From the NCBI RefSeq assembly GCF_009914755.1, contig NC_060926.1: DNA of 64,000 bases; one strand, 5' to 3'. Each line of letters begins with the position of its first letter. The first letter of the stretch is position 1. The DNA is from the human T2T-CHM13v2.0 reference genome, Homo sapiens. Below the pieces are notes generated by a model. That model saw only the letters and a program-made list of their open reading frames with translations, was not told the origin of the DNA and made no database searches. A program made the position numbers and the translations under genes. Shown here piece by piece: positions 1-15,960 of the stretch.

Positions 1-1329
1 CTCAAAATCAAATAGAAGTAACACTACAGAAAGACGCACCACCCTTATCCTGTGGCTTCAGGTGCCCCTGGCACCCTGCCACCCACCCCTGGAGGTGCTG
101 TGCCCTGCTTAAGAAGCTCCCATCATGGAAGGGAAGGCTCGGTCAGTGAGCCGTGAGGGCGGATAGACTCCTGGGCTGGCCCAATGCTTCCAGTGGGCTT
201 TGTTGCCTGTGCCAGGGGCTCCTGAGGCGGCTGCTCCCCAGTGCAGAGGAGGCTATGGCTGCAGCACTGCCCCCCTCTCCTGGGGGTAAGGGGTAAGGTG
301 CCCTGGACTGGGCATAAGGTGTGCTCTAGATGCTCAGAGCCCACTGCTCAGGACTGTTTGCACACATCCCTGGAGTCCCGTCCTTGCAGGGTACATAGAT
401 CCAACTCTGAGACAAACCTGTTCACAGCAGCCTCATGTTTTCTCATTATTTAACAGCGGTGTTAGTCAACTGTGCCCATTTTACAGATGAACGCTCCAGA
501 GGTTACTTGACTGGTCCGGGATTGGAGAGCCGGTAAGCAGCAGAGGGAAAAGCAGAGAGTCTAGGTTTTCCAGCCACCAAATCTGGTGCCCTCTCCACTG
601 CCCGATACCCCTGCAAGACCGCTGCCTCCCCAGCCTCCACTGCCCTGCTCCCACCATGCCCACCTAAGGAGGTAAAAGAAAGGCTGGGAAAATACCTGGA
701 CCACTTTACATCTAGCTCCCCTTTTTAATTTTTCAGTACAACCTGACAGTGGGTCTCACTCATTCACAAACGCCTCCCTGGAGTGTGCTAAGTTCTCATG
801 TCCAGGGTGTGACAGAAGAAGCGAGACAGAGAAAGGGGGAAGAACCCATTCCGCGTCACACACATTTCACTTCCAGGACACTGCAGTACCTAAGGATGCA
901 GACCCAGAGGAATTTAGCTGCTCAGTTGTCATTCTCTTACGTTTCCTCCTACTGATTTATTCAGTACACCTCAGCAGCCTTGTTCCCAAGAAAAATCCAC
1001 TGTATCTTCCTAAATCTCACTGAGATGATAATTTCAACATAGTTCAAATTAGTCGATTCAGTCTGTCACTATGTTCTGAGCAGCTATGATGTAGCAAAAT
1101 GGCTGATCCCTCAAACGGAGTCATGTTTCAGAGGAAGATGGTGCCAGGATGAGCGGCCGAAGCTGCGTGGCCTCTGCAGGCCAGGGTGCTTGGCACAGAG
1201 GCAGGCAGCCGCGTCCAGGCCTGCCGGGGGCTTCCAGTCAGCAGGCGAGACAGGAAACAGGGAGACAAGTGCTCTGGCAGAAACGGCCACACAGGGGCCG
1301 GGAGATGGGGTGGGACCCCGGGGAGCTAG

Positions 1330-1729
<400 letters not shown>

Positions 1730-2058
1730 TGATGCTGAGATAGAGAGAAAAGGTCACTATAGTGAAGCGAATTAACATATCCATCAGCTCACACAGTTGC
1801 TCATTCTCTTTTTCTGTGGCAAGAGTAGCTACAATCCACTCATTTAGTGAAAATCCCAAATATGATAGAAGATAATCAACAACAGCCCTGCTGTAAATGA
1901 GGCCTCTGGCCTTCTCCATCCAACATACCTGCTACTTTGCATCCTCAGACCTACAGTTCCCAGTGCCCCTTCCTTAACCATGTAACCATGGTTTTATTCT
2001 CAATCTCTGTATACTCAACTCGTTTTGTTGTTAAACTCCACAGATGAACTATCCTGTA

Positions 2059-2200
2059 TTTTTTTTTTCTTTTTGAGATAGGGTCTAACTCTGTCACCCA
2101 GGCTGGAGTGCAGTGGCACAATCACGGGTCACTGCATCTTCTCGTGTTGCCCAGACTGGTCTTGAACTCCTGGGCTCAAGCAATCTACCCACCTTGGTCT
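2059..2200 (-). mobile_element. Internally deleted Alu fragment
   Basis: Right-arm 3' end joined to a left-arm piece. Confidence 0.75.
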
Positions 2201-2513
2201 CCATTTCTAAGGGTAAAAAAGAGCTCCCGATGTGTAGACAAGAGAGGGTGGGGAGTGGGCCAGAGCCATAGAAAGGCACAAAGGCAGAGGGATGGCACCT
2301 GGGGAGCCGTGGGAAGCTCATGTGTTGGCACCGTTCCCTGGAACTCAGACCTCCAGGTCCAAACATCCGTGCTCACACCTGTCACAGCAGACTACCTCAG
2401 ACGGGAAGCACATGAGTCTGCCTCACACTGAGAGATCCCTCTCTAAGGACCATTTCCACCTGGGGGGTGCCACCCCTATGGCCTGCTCATCACATGGGGT
2501 CCACCACGTTTAA

Positions 2514-4270
2514 TGCTCTAGAGGGGTCAGCCTGGGTTCCCTGGATCAGAGCCCACCCACCACACTCTAATGATCTCAGGGTGCCAGCCAGGCTCCCCTG
2601 AATCAGAGCCCATCCACCACGCTCTAATGATCTCAGGGTGCCAGCCTGGGTTCCCCTGAATCAGAGCCCACCCACCAAGCTCTAATGATCTCGGTGCCAG
2701 CCAGGCTCCCCTGAATCAGAGCCCACCCACCACGCTCTAATGATCTCAGGGTGCCAGCCTGGGCTCCCCTGGATCAGACTCTACCCACCACGCTCTAATG
2801 ATCTCAGGGTGCCAGCTGGGCTCCCCTGGATCAGAGCCCACCCACCACGCTCTAATGATCTCAGGGCACCAGCCAGGCTCCCCTGAATCAGAGCCCACCC
2901 ACCACGCTCTAATGATCTCAGGGCACCAGCTGGGCTCCCCTGAATCAGAGCCCACCCACCACACTCTAATGATCTCAGGGCACCAGCCAGGCTCCCCTGA
3001 ATCAGAGCCCACCCACCACGCTCTAATGATCTCAGGGCACCAGCTGGGCTCCCCTGAATCAGAGCCCACCCACCACACTCTAATGATCTCGGGGTGCCAG
3101 CCTGGGCTCCCCTGAATCAGAGCCCACCTACCACGCTCTAATGATCTCAGGGCACCAGCCAGGCTCCCCTGAATCAGAGCCCACCCACCACGTTCTAATG
3201 ATCTCAGGGTGCCAGCCTGGGCTCCCTGAATCAGAGCCCACCCACCACGCTCTAATGATCTCAGGGCACCAGCCAGGCTCCCCTGAATCAGAGCCCACCC
3301 ACCACGCTCTAATGATCTCAGGGCACCAGCCTGGGCTCCCCTGAATCAGAGCCCACCCACCAGGCTCTAATGATCTCAGGGCACCAGCTGGGCTCCCCTG
3401 AATCAGAGCCCACCCACCAGGCTCTAGTGATCTCAGGGCACCAGCTGGGCTCCCCTGGATCAGACTCTACCCACCACACTCTAATGATCTCAGGGCACCA
3501 GCTGGGCTCCCCTGAATCAGAGCCCACCCACCACGCTCTAATGATCTCGGGATGCCAGCCTGGGCTTCCTTGGATCAGTCCACCTACCACACTCTAATGA
3601 TCTCGGGGTACTAGCCCGGACTCCCCTGGATCACAGGTCTACCCACCATGCTCTAATGATCTCGAGGTTCCAGCCAGGCTCCCCTGAATCAGAGCCCACC
3701 CGCCACACTCTAATGATCTCGGGGTGCCAGCCTGGGCTTCCTTGGATCAGTCCACCTACCACACTCTAATGATCTCAGGGTACTAGCCTGGACTCCTCTA
3801 GATCACAGATCTACCCACCATGCTCTAATAATCTCCGAGTGCCAGCCTGGCTCCCCTGAATCAGAGTTCACCTATCATGCTCTAATGATCTCAGGGCACC
3901 AGCCTGGGCTCCCCTGCATCAGGCTCTACTCGCCATGCTCTAATGATCTCAGGGTATTAGCCTGGGTTCCCCAACATCAGAGTCCACCCACCATGCTCTA
4001 ATGATCTCAGGGTGCCAGCCTGGGCTCCCCCAGATGAGGGTTCCATGACCACTCTCTAATGACCTCGGGGCACCAGCCTGGGCTCCCTTGGATCAGTCCA
4101 CATACCACAGTATAATGATCTCAGGGTACTAGCCTGGACTCCCCTGGATCACAGGTCTACCCACCATGCTCTAATGATCTCGAGGTGCCAGCCTGGGCTC
4201 CCCCAGATGACAGTTCCATGACCATTCTCTAATGATCTTGCGGCACCAGCCTGGGCTTCCTGGGTCAGAG
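2514..4270. repeat. Minisatellite, 57/58-bp unit, ~30 copies
   Basis: Unit CTCTAATGATCTCAGGGCACCAGCCAGGCTCCCCTGAATCAGAGCCCACCCACCACG; more degenerate after ~3550. Confidence 0.95.
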
Positions 4271-4649
4271 GTCCTTAGATATTGACAAGGTTCCCCTCGG
4301 CGAATTCCTGAAGTTTAGGAGTGAGGAACTAAATTCCATTCTTGTTTTTCTATAGAAACCCACAAAGTGCTCTGGAGTGACCACCACTCAATACGTATAA
4401 CCTCAGCTAAATGCAGGAGTTAGTTTCACTCTGCAAACATGTTTTTCAAGCAAGGTGTAAAAGTCTGTGAAAATATTTAGAGAGCAGCAAGAGAAGTGGA
4501 TGAAAGTTTTCAAAATGGCTTGCACTAGTATAACAGATCAAGTTAGGACACGGTCACAAAGACACAAAAGGGGACACAATGGAAGGTCCAGAGCAAGGGG
4601 GACACAGAGCCAGACCACTGGTGCCCTCTGTTGATTGAGAGGCCACCAC

Positions 4650-6317
4650 ACAGAGTGTCGCCGAGGATGGTGTGAGCAGAGGCAGGCACACACTCATGAA
4701 ACAGTGTGAGAAGAGGCAGACACACCCACCCAGGAGACAGTGTGAGCAGAGGTAGGAATGCGCACACTCACGAGACAGTGTGAGCAGAGGCAGGTATGCA
4801 CTCGTGAGATGGTGTGAGTGGAGGCAGGAGCACACACTCATAAGACAGTGTGAGAAAAGGCAGGTGCACACACATGAGACAGTGTAAACGGAGGCAGGTA
4901 CATGCACACTCATGAGACAGTGTGAGCAGAGGTAGGCACGTGTACACTCGTGAGATGGTGTGAGCAGAGGCAAGCGCATGTACACTCACGAGAATGGTGT
5001 GAGCAGAGACAGGCACGTGTACACTCGAGATGGTGTGAGCAGAGACAGGTGCACACACTCATGAGACGGTGTAAGCAGAGACAGGTGCACACACTCATGA
5101 GACGGTGTAAGCAGAGACTGGCAAGTGTACACTCGTGAGATGGTGTGAGCAGAGGCAAGCGCATGTACACTCACGAGATGGTGTGAGCAGACAGGTGCAC
5201 ACACTCATGAGGTGGTGTGAGCAGAGGCAGGCATGTGTACACTCATGAGACACATGAGCAAAGATGGGCACACACTCATGAGATGGTGTGAGCAGAGGCA
5301 GGCACACACTCCTGAGGTGGTGTGAGCAGAAGCAGGCGTGTGCACACTCATGAGATGGTGTGAGCAGAGGCAGGTGTACACTCATATGGTGTGAGCAGAG
5401 GCAGGTGTGTATACACTCATGAGATGTGTCAGCAGAGGCAGGTGTGTACACACTCATGAGATGGTGTGAGCAGAGGCAGGTGTGTATACACTCATGAGAT
5501 GGTGTCAGCAGAGGCAGGTGTGTATACACTCATGAGATGGTGTGAGCAGAGGCAGGTGTGTATACACTCATGAGATGGTGTGAGCAGAGGCAGGTGTGTA
5601 TACACTCATGAGATGGTGTGAGCAGAGGCAGGTGTGTATACACTCATGAGATGGTGTCAGCAGAGGCAGGTGTGTATACACTCATGAGATGGTGTCAGCA
5701 GAGGCAGGTGTGTATACACTCATGAGATGGTGTCAGCAGAGGCAGGTGTGTATACACTCATGAGATGGTGTGAGCAGAGGCAGGTGTGTATACACTCATG
5801 AGATGGTGTGAGCAGAGGCAGGTGTGTATACACTCATGAGATGGTGTCAGCAGAGGCAGGTGTGTATACACTCATGAGATGGTGTCAGCAGAGGCAGGTG
5901 TGTATACACTCATGAGATGGTGTCAGCAGAGGCAGGTGTGTATACACTCATGAGATGGTGTGAGCAGAGGCAGGTGTGTATACACTCATGAGATGGTGTG
6001 AGCAGAGGCAGGTGTGTATACACTCATGAGATGGTGTGAGCAGAGGCAGGTGTGTATACACTCATGAGATGGTGTGAGCAGAGGCAGGTGTGTATACACT
6101 CATGAGATGGTGTCAGCAGAGGCAGGTGTGTATACACTCATGAGATGGTGTCAGCAGAGGCAGGTGTGTATACACTCATGAGATGGTGTCAGCAGAGGCA
6201 GGTGTGTATACACTCATGAGATGGTGTCAGCAGAGGCAGGTGTGTATACACTCATGAGATGGTGTCAGCAGAGGCAGGTGTGTATACACTCATGAGATGG
6301 TGTCAGCAGAGGCAGGC
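4650..6317. repeat. Minisatellite, 38-bp unit
   Basis: Unit CACTCATGAGATGGTGT(G/C)AGCAGAGGCAGGTGTGTATA; near-perfect from ~5450 to 6317, degenerate to the left. Confidence 0.95.
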
Positions 6318-7594
6318 CCACGTGGTGTACCCTAATTCAGAAACATACATTAGAAATAAAAGCAGCAAAGTTGGGGTTTTTTAATGTTTATCTGAAACAT
6401 ACGCTTTTTTCTCAATGAACCTTAAGAAAACCGTGGGTGAAACAAGTTCTAAATATGGAAAGTGAGATGCACGGAAAGGTCAAGGCCTGCTGGCAGCACA
6501 TTCTGAAGTGCACACAAATTGGGGAGGGAGGTGACTGGAAGTACCCGGCAGCTCCGAAGGGAGAAACCCCAAGAGAAATATGTCACTCATGCTAATTCCC
6601 TGCGTGACCAGGCTTCTTCCAGGTGGCAACACCACAGCCTCTCAGGGCTCCAGGTCCAATTGAGACCTGAAGGTTGTGCTGTTATTTGCTGTGTGTGGAG
6701 GCCTGCGTCCTCCTCGGAGGCCAGCCTGCCACCTGCCACCATCCCCACAGCCATGTCCAACCCACAATCTACGCCCACAGACCAGTTACTGTTGAGATCT
6801 CTCCTGTTCCAAGTATGTACAGTCCTGTCGAGACAGCTTCTACCCTGGGCACAGTCCCTCATTTTGCTTTCATGGAGATGCATTTTTCTTATCAAATTAT
6901 CAGAAAGGAGAGTTCAAGTTCTTTTTTAAATCTTCATCATCTATATAGAAAACGTTCCATGAGTTTATTGTGCTACAACTCCCCCTTCCACCAACTCCAA
7001 GAATGTCTTTTTCACAATCATCACAGGTAATAACTGAAAACAGATCAACAGCAGTTATAAATCCCTATCAGTAATCGATGGCAATCTGTCACTTGTTCCT
7101 TGCATGAATAGAGATTTAAGCTAGGAGAGATGGATGTATGGGTTTAATCTGAAAATGTTTGACTTTTTAAGATACTTTAACCTCATGCAAATTTTCTATC
7201 ATTTTCTAAGACAGTGTGAAGAGAACATCACTCTTCAAGGAGACTGCCTGTGGGCGCCAGATCCTTCAGCTGTGCACGGGGAGCTCAACACTGACATTCC
7301 TGACCACCCTTCTTAAGAATAGTAAGGGTACAGAGAAAGGGTTTCTCGCTTGCATTTTAAAAAATAAGTCACGAGCTCAGCCACTTCTGCATATTTGTGA
7401 TGTTCATTCTAGCATGTGCTTGCGTGCACAAGAATTCTACCACACTGCAGACTTCCACTGATTTGCAGAGATTCAGTGTGGCACAATAAACAGATAAAAT
7501 GTAAACGCTGTTGCTTCTGACAAATAACCAATAGCCACGTCCTAAAGAAGAGCCGGGCCCTCCAAATGAACTCTGTTTCTAGACACCCTCCTCA

Positions 7595-8063
<469 letters not shown>

Positions 8064-9790
8064 TCACGCCAGCTGGCCCTGTGATCGGCCTGCCCTCTCC
8101 ACGTGCGGTTCTACTGTCCACACTGGCTGCCCCACGCAGGGTGTGCGCCGAAAGGTGTGTCTCAGAAGCCCTCAGCCTCTTCATTAAAAGATGCCACCGT
8201 TCACCAAAATATCACACAAACTAATGGAAACAAAAAGAAGGAAGGGGCTACAAAAGAGCAACAACAAAGAAAACACACGTGGGTCTCCAAGTACAGCAGA
8301 CAACAGGAGCTTCTCTATAAGCACCCCTAACAAACGGCACACACACAGGAAACGCCGCAAGATGCCTCCCACCAGCCCAGGCACCGGCAGGGTAAAAGCA
8401 CAATAGGAGAAAACACTACTGGAAGACAAAGAGGATAAATTGCAACTCTGATCTTTACAAAGAGATTTGTTATAACGAAGTGATGATTTAAGCAATGCCG
8501 TCTAATCTAAGTCTGTGGTGCTTCTGGATTTAATTCATATATGATTCATGGCAATGTGGAAGCCTAGTGATTTACAGGTGAGCTAAGGGCAAAAACTACA
8601 GAGCACAAGTATGTTTGCAAAACACATGAAGTCTCTAGAATGTTTTCCCTGCCCTGCGTTATGCACAGCAAGCTTAGGTCTGTGACTCCAGGCTTTTCCG
8701 GAGGCACCTGAAGCAGGAGGGCCTGGCGCCTTGCCCCACGGGTGCGACCACTGCTGCAGATGACCTGATTCAGATGAGACGTGGCGCCGTGTGTGCTTCG
8801 AAGGGCGAAGAGCCAGGTTAAGCACGAGTCAAGCAGCTGTGCTGCTCTTTCCTGATCAGAGCAGGAACTTGCAGCATTTCACACTGGAAAACAGCCTTCC
8901 CTGTGGGATGTAAATCTCAGTTCTGCTATGGCAGGAATAAAATAGAATTCTTGGAACTTAGACATGAATGTTGTGGAACAATTTCGTCTTTCTTCCTTGA
9001 GAGGCTGACAGATTAGGGAAATACTTAACAGAAGATCTATGCTGCCTTCAAAGTCTGGCAGAAAGAGTCAGTCTCTGGAAGCCACGACTGGAAATCACGA
9101 GATCCAGGGTAACTTGAAGGACACAATCAACTTACACCTGTGGACGACCAACAAGACCAAGAGTGCTTGGCAATTGTTTTAGTTTTCTGTTGCTTCTACA
9201 AATTGCCACAAACTTGGCAGCTTAACTCAAAGCCCACTTACAGCTGGGAGCAGCTGAGGGTGGTCCCAGCGGACAGCCAGGAAACAAGCCTGCATCCTAC
9301 AACCCCAGGAGCCACATGAGGCGAGAGCCCTGACACAGCCTGGTGGGGGCCTGGAGACCCCAGGCCAGTGCGCTACGAAGCTACAGCCAGTACACACTGT
9401 TGAAGAGGCATGCGCTGTTGGAAGCCGCTGTTTGTGGGAATTCCTCTGCAGTGTATAATGACTATGGAAGCCGGGGCCGCAGTAACAACTGCCTGAAATG
9501 CGGGAGGAGCTCTGGATTTTGGCAGTGGGTAGAGGCTGGGAGGCTTTTGAGGAGCCACAGAAAAAGCAGAGCTTGCCTGGAATATCCAGGGTGCAGAAAG
9601 GCCATGCCCTGCAGGACCATGGAGGCAGCTCCTGTTGTGCTGAGGCTGGTCCTGCACGAGGGGGGTTTCCTGGTGGGGGGACAGGGCAAGGGTGGAGGAG
9701 AGGGCAAACGGGGAAGAGTTATACGATGGTGGAGTAACAACAAGCACAGCGTCTCCAGCCGGCAAAAGGTGCTGAGATGAAAAGCCTAAC

Positions 9791-10150
9791 TGATGTGGTT
9801 TGGGTCTGTGTCCCCACCCAAATCTCATCTCGAATTGTAATCCCCACATGTCCAGGGAGGAACCTGGTGGGAGATGACTGGATCACAGGGTGGATTTCCC
9901 CCTTGCTGTTCTTGTGACAGTAAGATCTGGTTGTTTGAAGGTGTGTGGCTCTTCCCACTTTGCTCTCTCTCTCCTGCTGCCTTGTGAAGAAGGCCCTGGC
10001 TTCCGTCACCCCCCACTGTGATTGTGCGTTTCCTGAGGCCGCCCAGTCATGCTTCCTGTTAAGCCCGCAGAACTGTGAGTCCATTAAACCTCTTCATAAA
10101 TTACCCAGTCCCAGGTAGTTCTTCACAGCAGTGCGAGAATGGACTAATAC
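9791..10150 (+). mobile_element. MST-type MaLR LTR
   Basis: TGATGTGGTTTGG...CCAAATCTCATCTCGAATTGTAATCCCC...ATTAAACCTC...GACTAATAC. Confidence 0.8.
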
Positions 10151-10456
10151 CCCGACTGTCAGGAGAGTGTGCCCCTAAGAAAAGGCCGAGGACGGGCCAC
10201 ACTGCATGTGGTTAAAGCCTCGGGAAGATCAGGAAGTCAGAGTGCAGGCCTAGGAAGGGCCTCTCAAGAAGCCAAGGAAGCACCTCACAGATCCTCAGGC
10301 AGAAGAGAGTGAAGGGTGAAGGGGAGGGTGAAGGGTCAAGGATGAAGGGGGCAGTCCCTTGGCCATCTTAGCAGGAGACCAAGGCAGAGAAGAGATCGTC
10401 TCTAAAAGATCTGCAGTTATGCTCTTGTCTGAGGAAGTGAAGCCTCAGGAAATCTA

Positions 10457-11441
<985 letters not shown>

Positions 11442-12213
11442 CTACACATCAATATTCTGAAGCCAGGGTATGAGAGAGAAGATCAGACAGAATGCATTAA
11501 AAGTACCTAAAAAGTCATTCAGCCTGTGGGACAAATGAAGGCAACATTTTAGAAACTATATATCAAAAACCACAAAGAATTTGTTCTGGCTTACATGGTA
11601 GAGAAAGAGATCCTAGGAGATATTTCTCCATAGAGCCAGAATTTAGAAAGTACTCATTGACGATGACCAAACAAGGAGAACTGGGGAAGAGGAAGGCTCA
11701 GTTCAGCAACTCAGACATCTGCATTGACACAAACTAAGGTCCCAGAGCTCCAAGAGCCTAGAGAGCACAACGGCGGGCAGGAAGAAGCCTATGAGGCATA
11801 TCACCAGTCAACGCGCGTGTGTGCATGGAACTGCTCTTACCAAAGAGCACTGGAAGACAGTCACCAAGACACTACAGGAAAGAGATGAATCCCTGCTGCT
11901 CCCCACAACGTACAGTTTCCACATCAGGACACTTGTGTCTGCCTCACCGGAAACTCCAGCACTGTACTCCCCTGATCAAGGGGTCAACGTTCTCAGAACA
12001 GCTGATTCCAGCTTCAGTTCTTAGAATCTCAAGATTCTAATAATTTCTGCAAACATCTACTCACAATATCATGGCTTCTCTGTGCATGCAACACCTTCAT
12101 TAATGGCTAAATCTTTTCAGTCATGTGTCGACCCATTAGCAATACAAAACCCGTCTTAGGAAATACCTCCAGTTACCTCCAGTTAGCAAGTACCTTAGAA
12201 AAGCCGCACTTAC

Positions 12214-12346
12214 TTCTGTTGTAGCAGGTCGTCAGCACACCTCTGTCTGCAGGGCTAGCGCTAATATGCCAGATTTCACCCGCTTGATGGAGGAGGACAT
12301 TTTTATTTATAATGTTGTTTTCATCGTCAAAATCTATGATATGGAT
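12214..12346 (-). CDS. EIPR1: EIPR1 coding exon 3 (133 nt), [44 protein letters not shown], start of the WD40 region
   Basis: tttgtag acceptor and A|gtaagt donor, phase 0/1, in frame with exon 2. No further canonical exon was found between 1 and 12213, so the gene continues beyond the left edge. Confidence 0.97.
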
Positions 12347-13667
12347 CTACAAATACAAGAAAAGAGCACATCAGGATCTCAAACACTTTCCTCAGTACCT
12401 TCATCAGACATCATGATTACAAAGAATAGTCACATGCACATTTCGTGACAGATACATCTTTAGTTAATTGTTATTATGCCAACAGTATGTGCTTCTATAA
12501 TTTAATTCTTACTGGACTCCTCTCCAAAGACAAGTTAGAAAATCCCTGTGGAGCATTTCTAAGATTGCAAGCTACGTAAGACTGCCATCCGGTCATATCC
12601 AGTCTTAAAGAAATAAGGCACCAAACGCTGTGTCCTCAAGTGGCTCTTAGACCGAGCCACTGTTGGTGTCACGGCCAGAGCTGCCCAGGGCTGTCCATAT
12701 CAGCAAGGTCCTCCCAGCCTGCTGCACAGCTGCTGGGGAGGGCAGGCGCAGCAGGGCACGACTGCCTAATTAGGTCTGGGACTGACCACGCCTGGCCCAC
12801 TCTGTCTATAGTGGGCAGAACTCGACTCATACTTCAGACATGATTAAGGTGGGAGAGAGTGAGAAAGGGCTGTATATTCACACACTGTTATCCTCTTTTC
12901 AAAAACAAGTCCAACAGCCGTTGGTGTCTATTATCTTATGATATTAAATAGGATAACATTTTAGCCACTCTATAAGAAAGTTAAATATACTATCTCCATG
13001 CTTTCCAGGATAACTTTTAGAGGAATTAAAATGATTTCACATTTAATTTCTTACCAATACCCAAGTCAATGAGAAAACATAATTCCTCTTTTAAAAGTAA
13101 ATTTGTACTAAGAAAATATTCATGGGTCTACACAAAAGATTTATATCCAAGTACGTTTACTATGGCATTGATTATTGAAATAAAAAAAATTAGAAGTCAC
13201 CTAAATGTTTAGTAATAGGAAACTGTTCAAATAAATTGCAGTATTTGATGGTAATATTGTGACGCCATTTGGTGTACTGTAGACTACTCAGTGGCATGGA
13301 ACGATGTAATATATGTTTTAGAAGAGAATACACAAAAGAAACTGTACGAATGCTACATCCTTTTGTTTTGTTTTGTTTTAAAAATGTACGCGTGTCCAAA
13401 TGAGAACCAGCAGGTAGGTACCTGAGTGGTGTCTGGATGGTGGAATTATAGGTGGTTTTCCTTTACTTCTTTGTGCTTTATTTGCACTTTTAACATTTTT
13501 TGCCTAACTAGGTCTGGGACTGACTGTGCCTGGCGCACTCTGCAATACGTTTGCAATCTAACATTAAATGCTATTTTTAAACTGTCTCCACGATACCCAG
13601 TAGCACCTACACATCACCCAGGCCTCAGATGGCCCTTTCATTATTTCCAACTGCTCCTCTCAGGGTC

Positions 13668-14388
<721 letters not shown>

Positions 14389-15011
14389 AGGTCACCCCAG
14401 GGAGTCATTCTGGACTTGCTCAGAGTGGAATTCATACCCAGCCAGTGCCCAGAGCCATGTGAGCTGAACCACAATCTCCCAGGAGTAGAGCGGGCCGCCA
14501 GCACCGGGTCCTGGGGCCAAGGAGAAGCCAGATATGGCCGGCTTGCCCGAGGCAGAGCAGGAGCCCAGGGAGCATGCGCGCCCGCCCTCTCCATTCGGGG
14601 AACTGAAGTTTCCACAGCAGGTTCAGAAACATTCCCAGTGAACAGCTTCCAATTACAAATCACACATCTAAGAACCAGAGAAATGAACACAGCACTTGTT
14701 TTTATAAGTGAAAATTTATTGTACTCTTTTTCCTTTCCACACCCAAGGAAAGTTTACTTATGAACAGTTTTTTCCTCTGTGGACCTGTTACACATTTTAT
14801 AATATATTATTAGTTATTAAATGATTACTTAGTGATATTGAGAAAAACATTTGGCAGAAACACATGTGTCCCATGACGCCACATCTCTACAATTAGGGAT
14901 AGACCCTACAAACACCAAAGAAAAGGCAAGTGCAAGAATTTTCACGGCAGATATATTTATGATAGCCAAAGCAGCAAACAGCTCAGATGTCCATCAACAA
15001 TAGAATGGGTA

Positions 15012-15327
15012 GGCCAGGCGCGGTGGCTGACATCTGTAATCCCAGCACTTTGGGAAGCCAAGATGGGTAGATCACCTGAGGTCAGGAGTTGAAGACCAGC
15101 CTGGACAATATGGTGAAACCCCATCTCTACTAAAAATATAAAAATTAGCCGGGCGTAGTGGCAGTCATCTATAATCTCAACTACTTGGGGGACTGAGGCA
15201 GGAGAATCACTTGAAGCCTGGAGGGGGAGGTGCAGTGAGCCGAGATCACGCCACTGCACTCCAGCCTGGGTGACAGAGTGAGATCCTGTCTCAAAAAAAA
15301 AAAAAAAAAAAAAAAAACAAAACAAAA
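15012..15327 (+). mobile_element. Alu with TSD ACAATAGAATGGGTA
   Basis: Alu consensus; TSD visible on both sides. Confidence 0.9.
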
Positions 15328-15559
15328 CTCCACAATAGAATGGGTAAATCAGTTGTGGTATATTCACAAATGCAATTCTCACAGTAATGACAAGTAACAA
15401 CAACACACGCACAGACAATGCTGAGTGAGAAAAATCAGACACGAGAAGGAGCACCTTGTGCGATTACCTCAGGCAAAACCAACTGAGGTAACGACAGAGA
15501 CCATTCACCGCAGGCCTGGAGTTGGCTCAGACTCCAGGAATCTGAGGGGTCTGCTGGGG

Positions 15560-15960
15560 TGTCCTTCATGGCAGTGACACGGGTGCACGTGGGTGTGGGC
15601 ATGTGTGCATGCAGGTGTGCACCTGTGTGTGGGAGCATGGGTACACTATGCGTGTATGTGCGTGGGAGTGCGTGTGTGGGAGCATGGGTACGTGGTCTAT
15701 GCATGTATGTGTGCGGGTGTGGGTGTGGGGGAGGTGCAGCTGTGTGTGGAGGGGGTGTGAGTGTGAGGCAGGTGCAGGTGTGTATGTAAGGGTGTGTGTG
15801 AGGGTCTGTGGGTACATGGCTATGGTGGGTGTACATGGGTGTGAATGTGCATGTATGTGTGGGTGTGAGGCAGGTGCAGGCGTGTGGGAGGTGTGTGGGA
15901 GGGTGTGGGTGCATCATGGGTATGGGTGTGTGGGGGGTACGTGGGCGTGGGGAACCAGTG
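15560..15960. repeat. Degenerate GT-rich simple repeat
   Basis: (GTGT/GGGT/GCAT)-rich low-complexity sequence. Confidence 0.85.

Noticed and set aside
1950-1970. ZNF143-like CTACAGTTCCCAGTGC motif
   Set aside because: Imperfect, inside an old L1 fragment, with no promoter context.
2746-5529. Repetitive ORFs in the VNTRs, and a possible CRISPR-like array
   Set aside because: Head-to-tail minisatellites without unique spacers, in human intronic DNA; reading frames are broken by unit-length variants.
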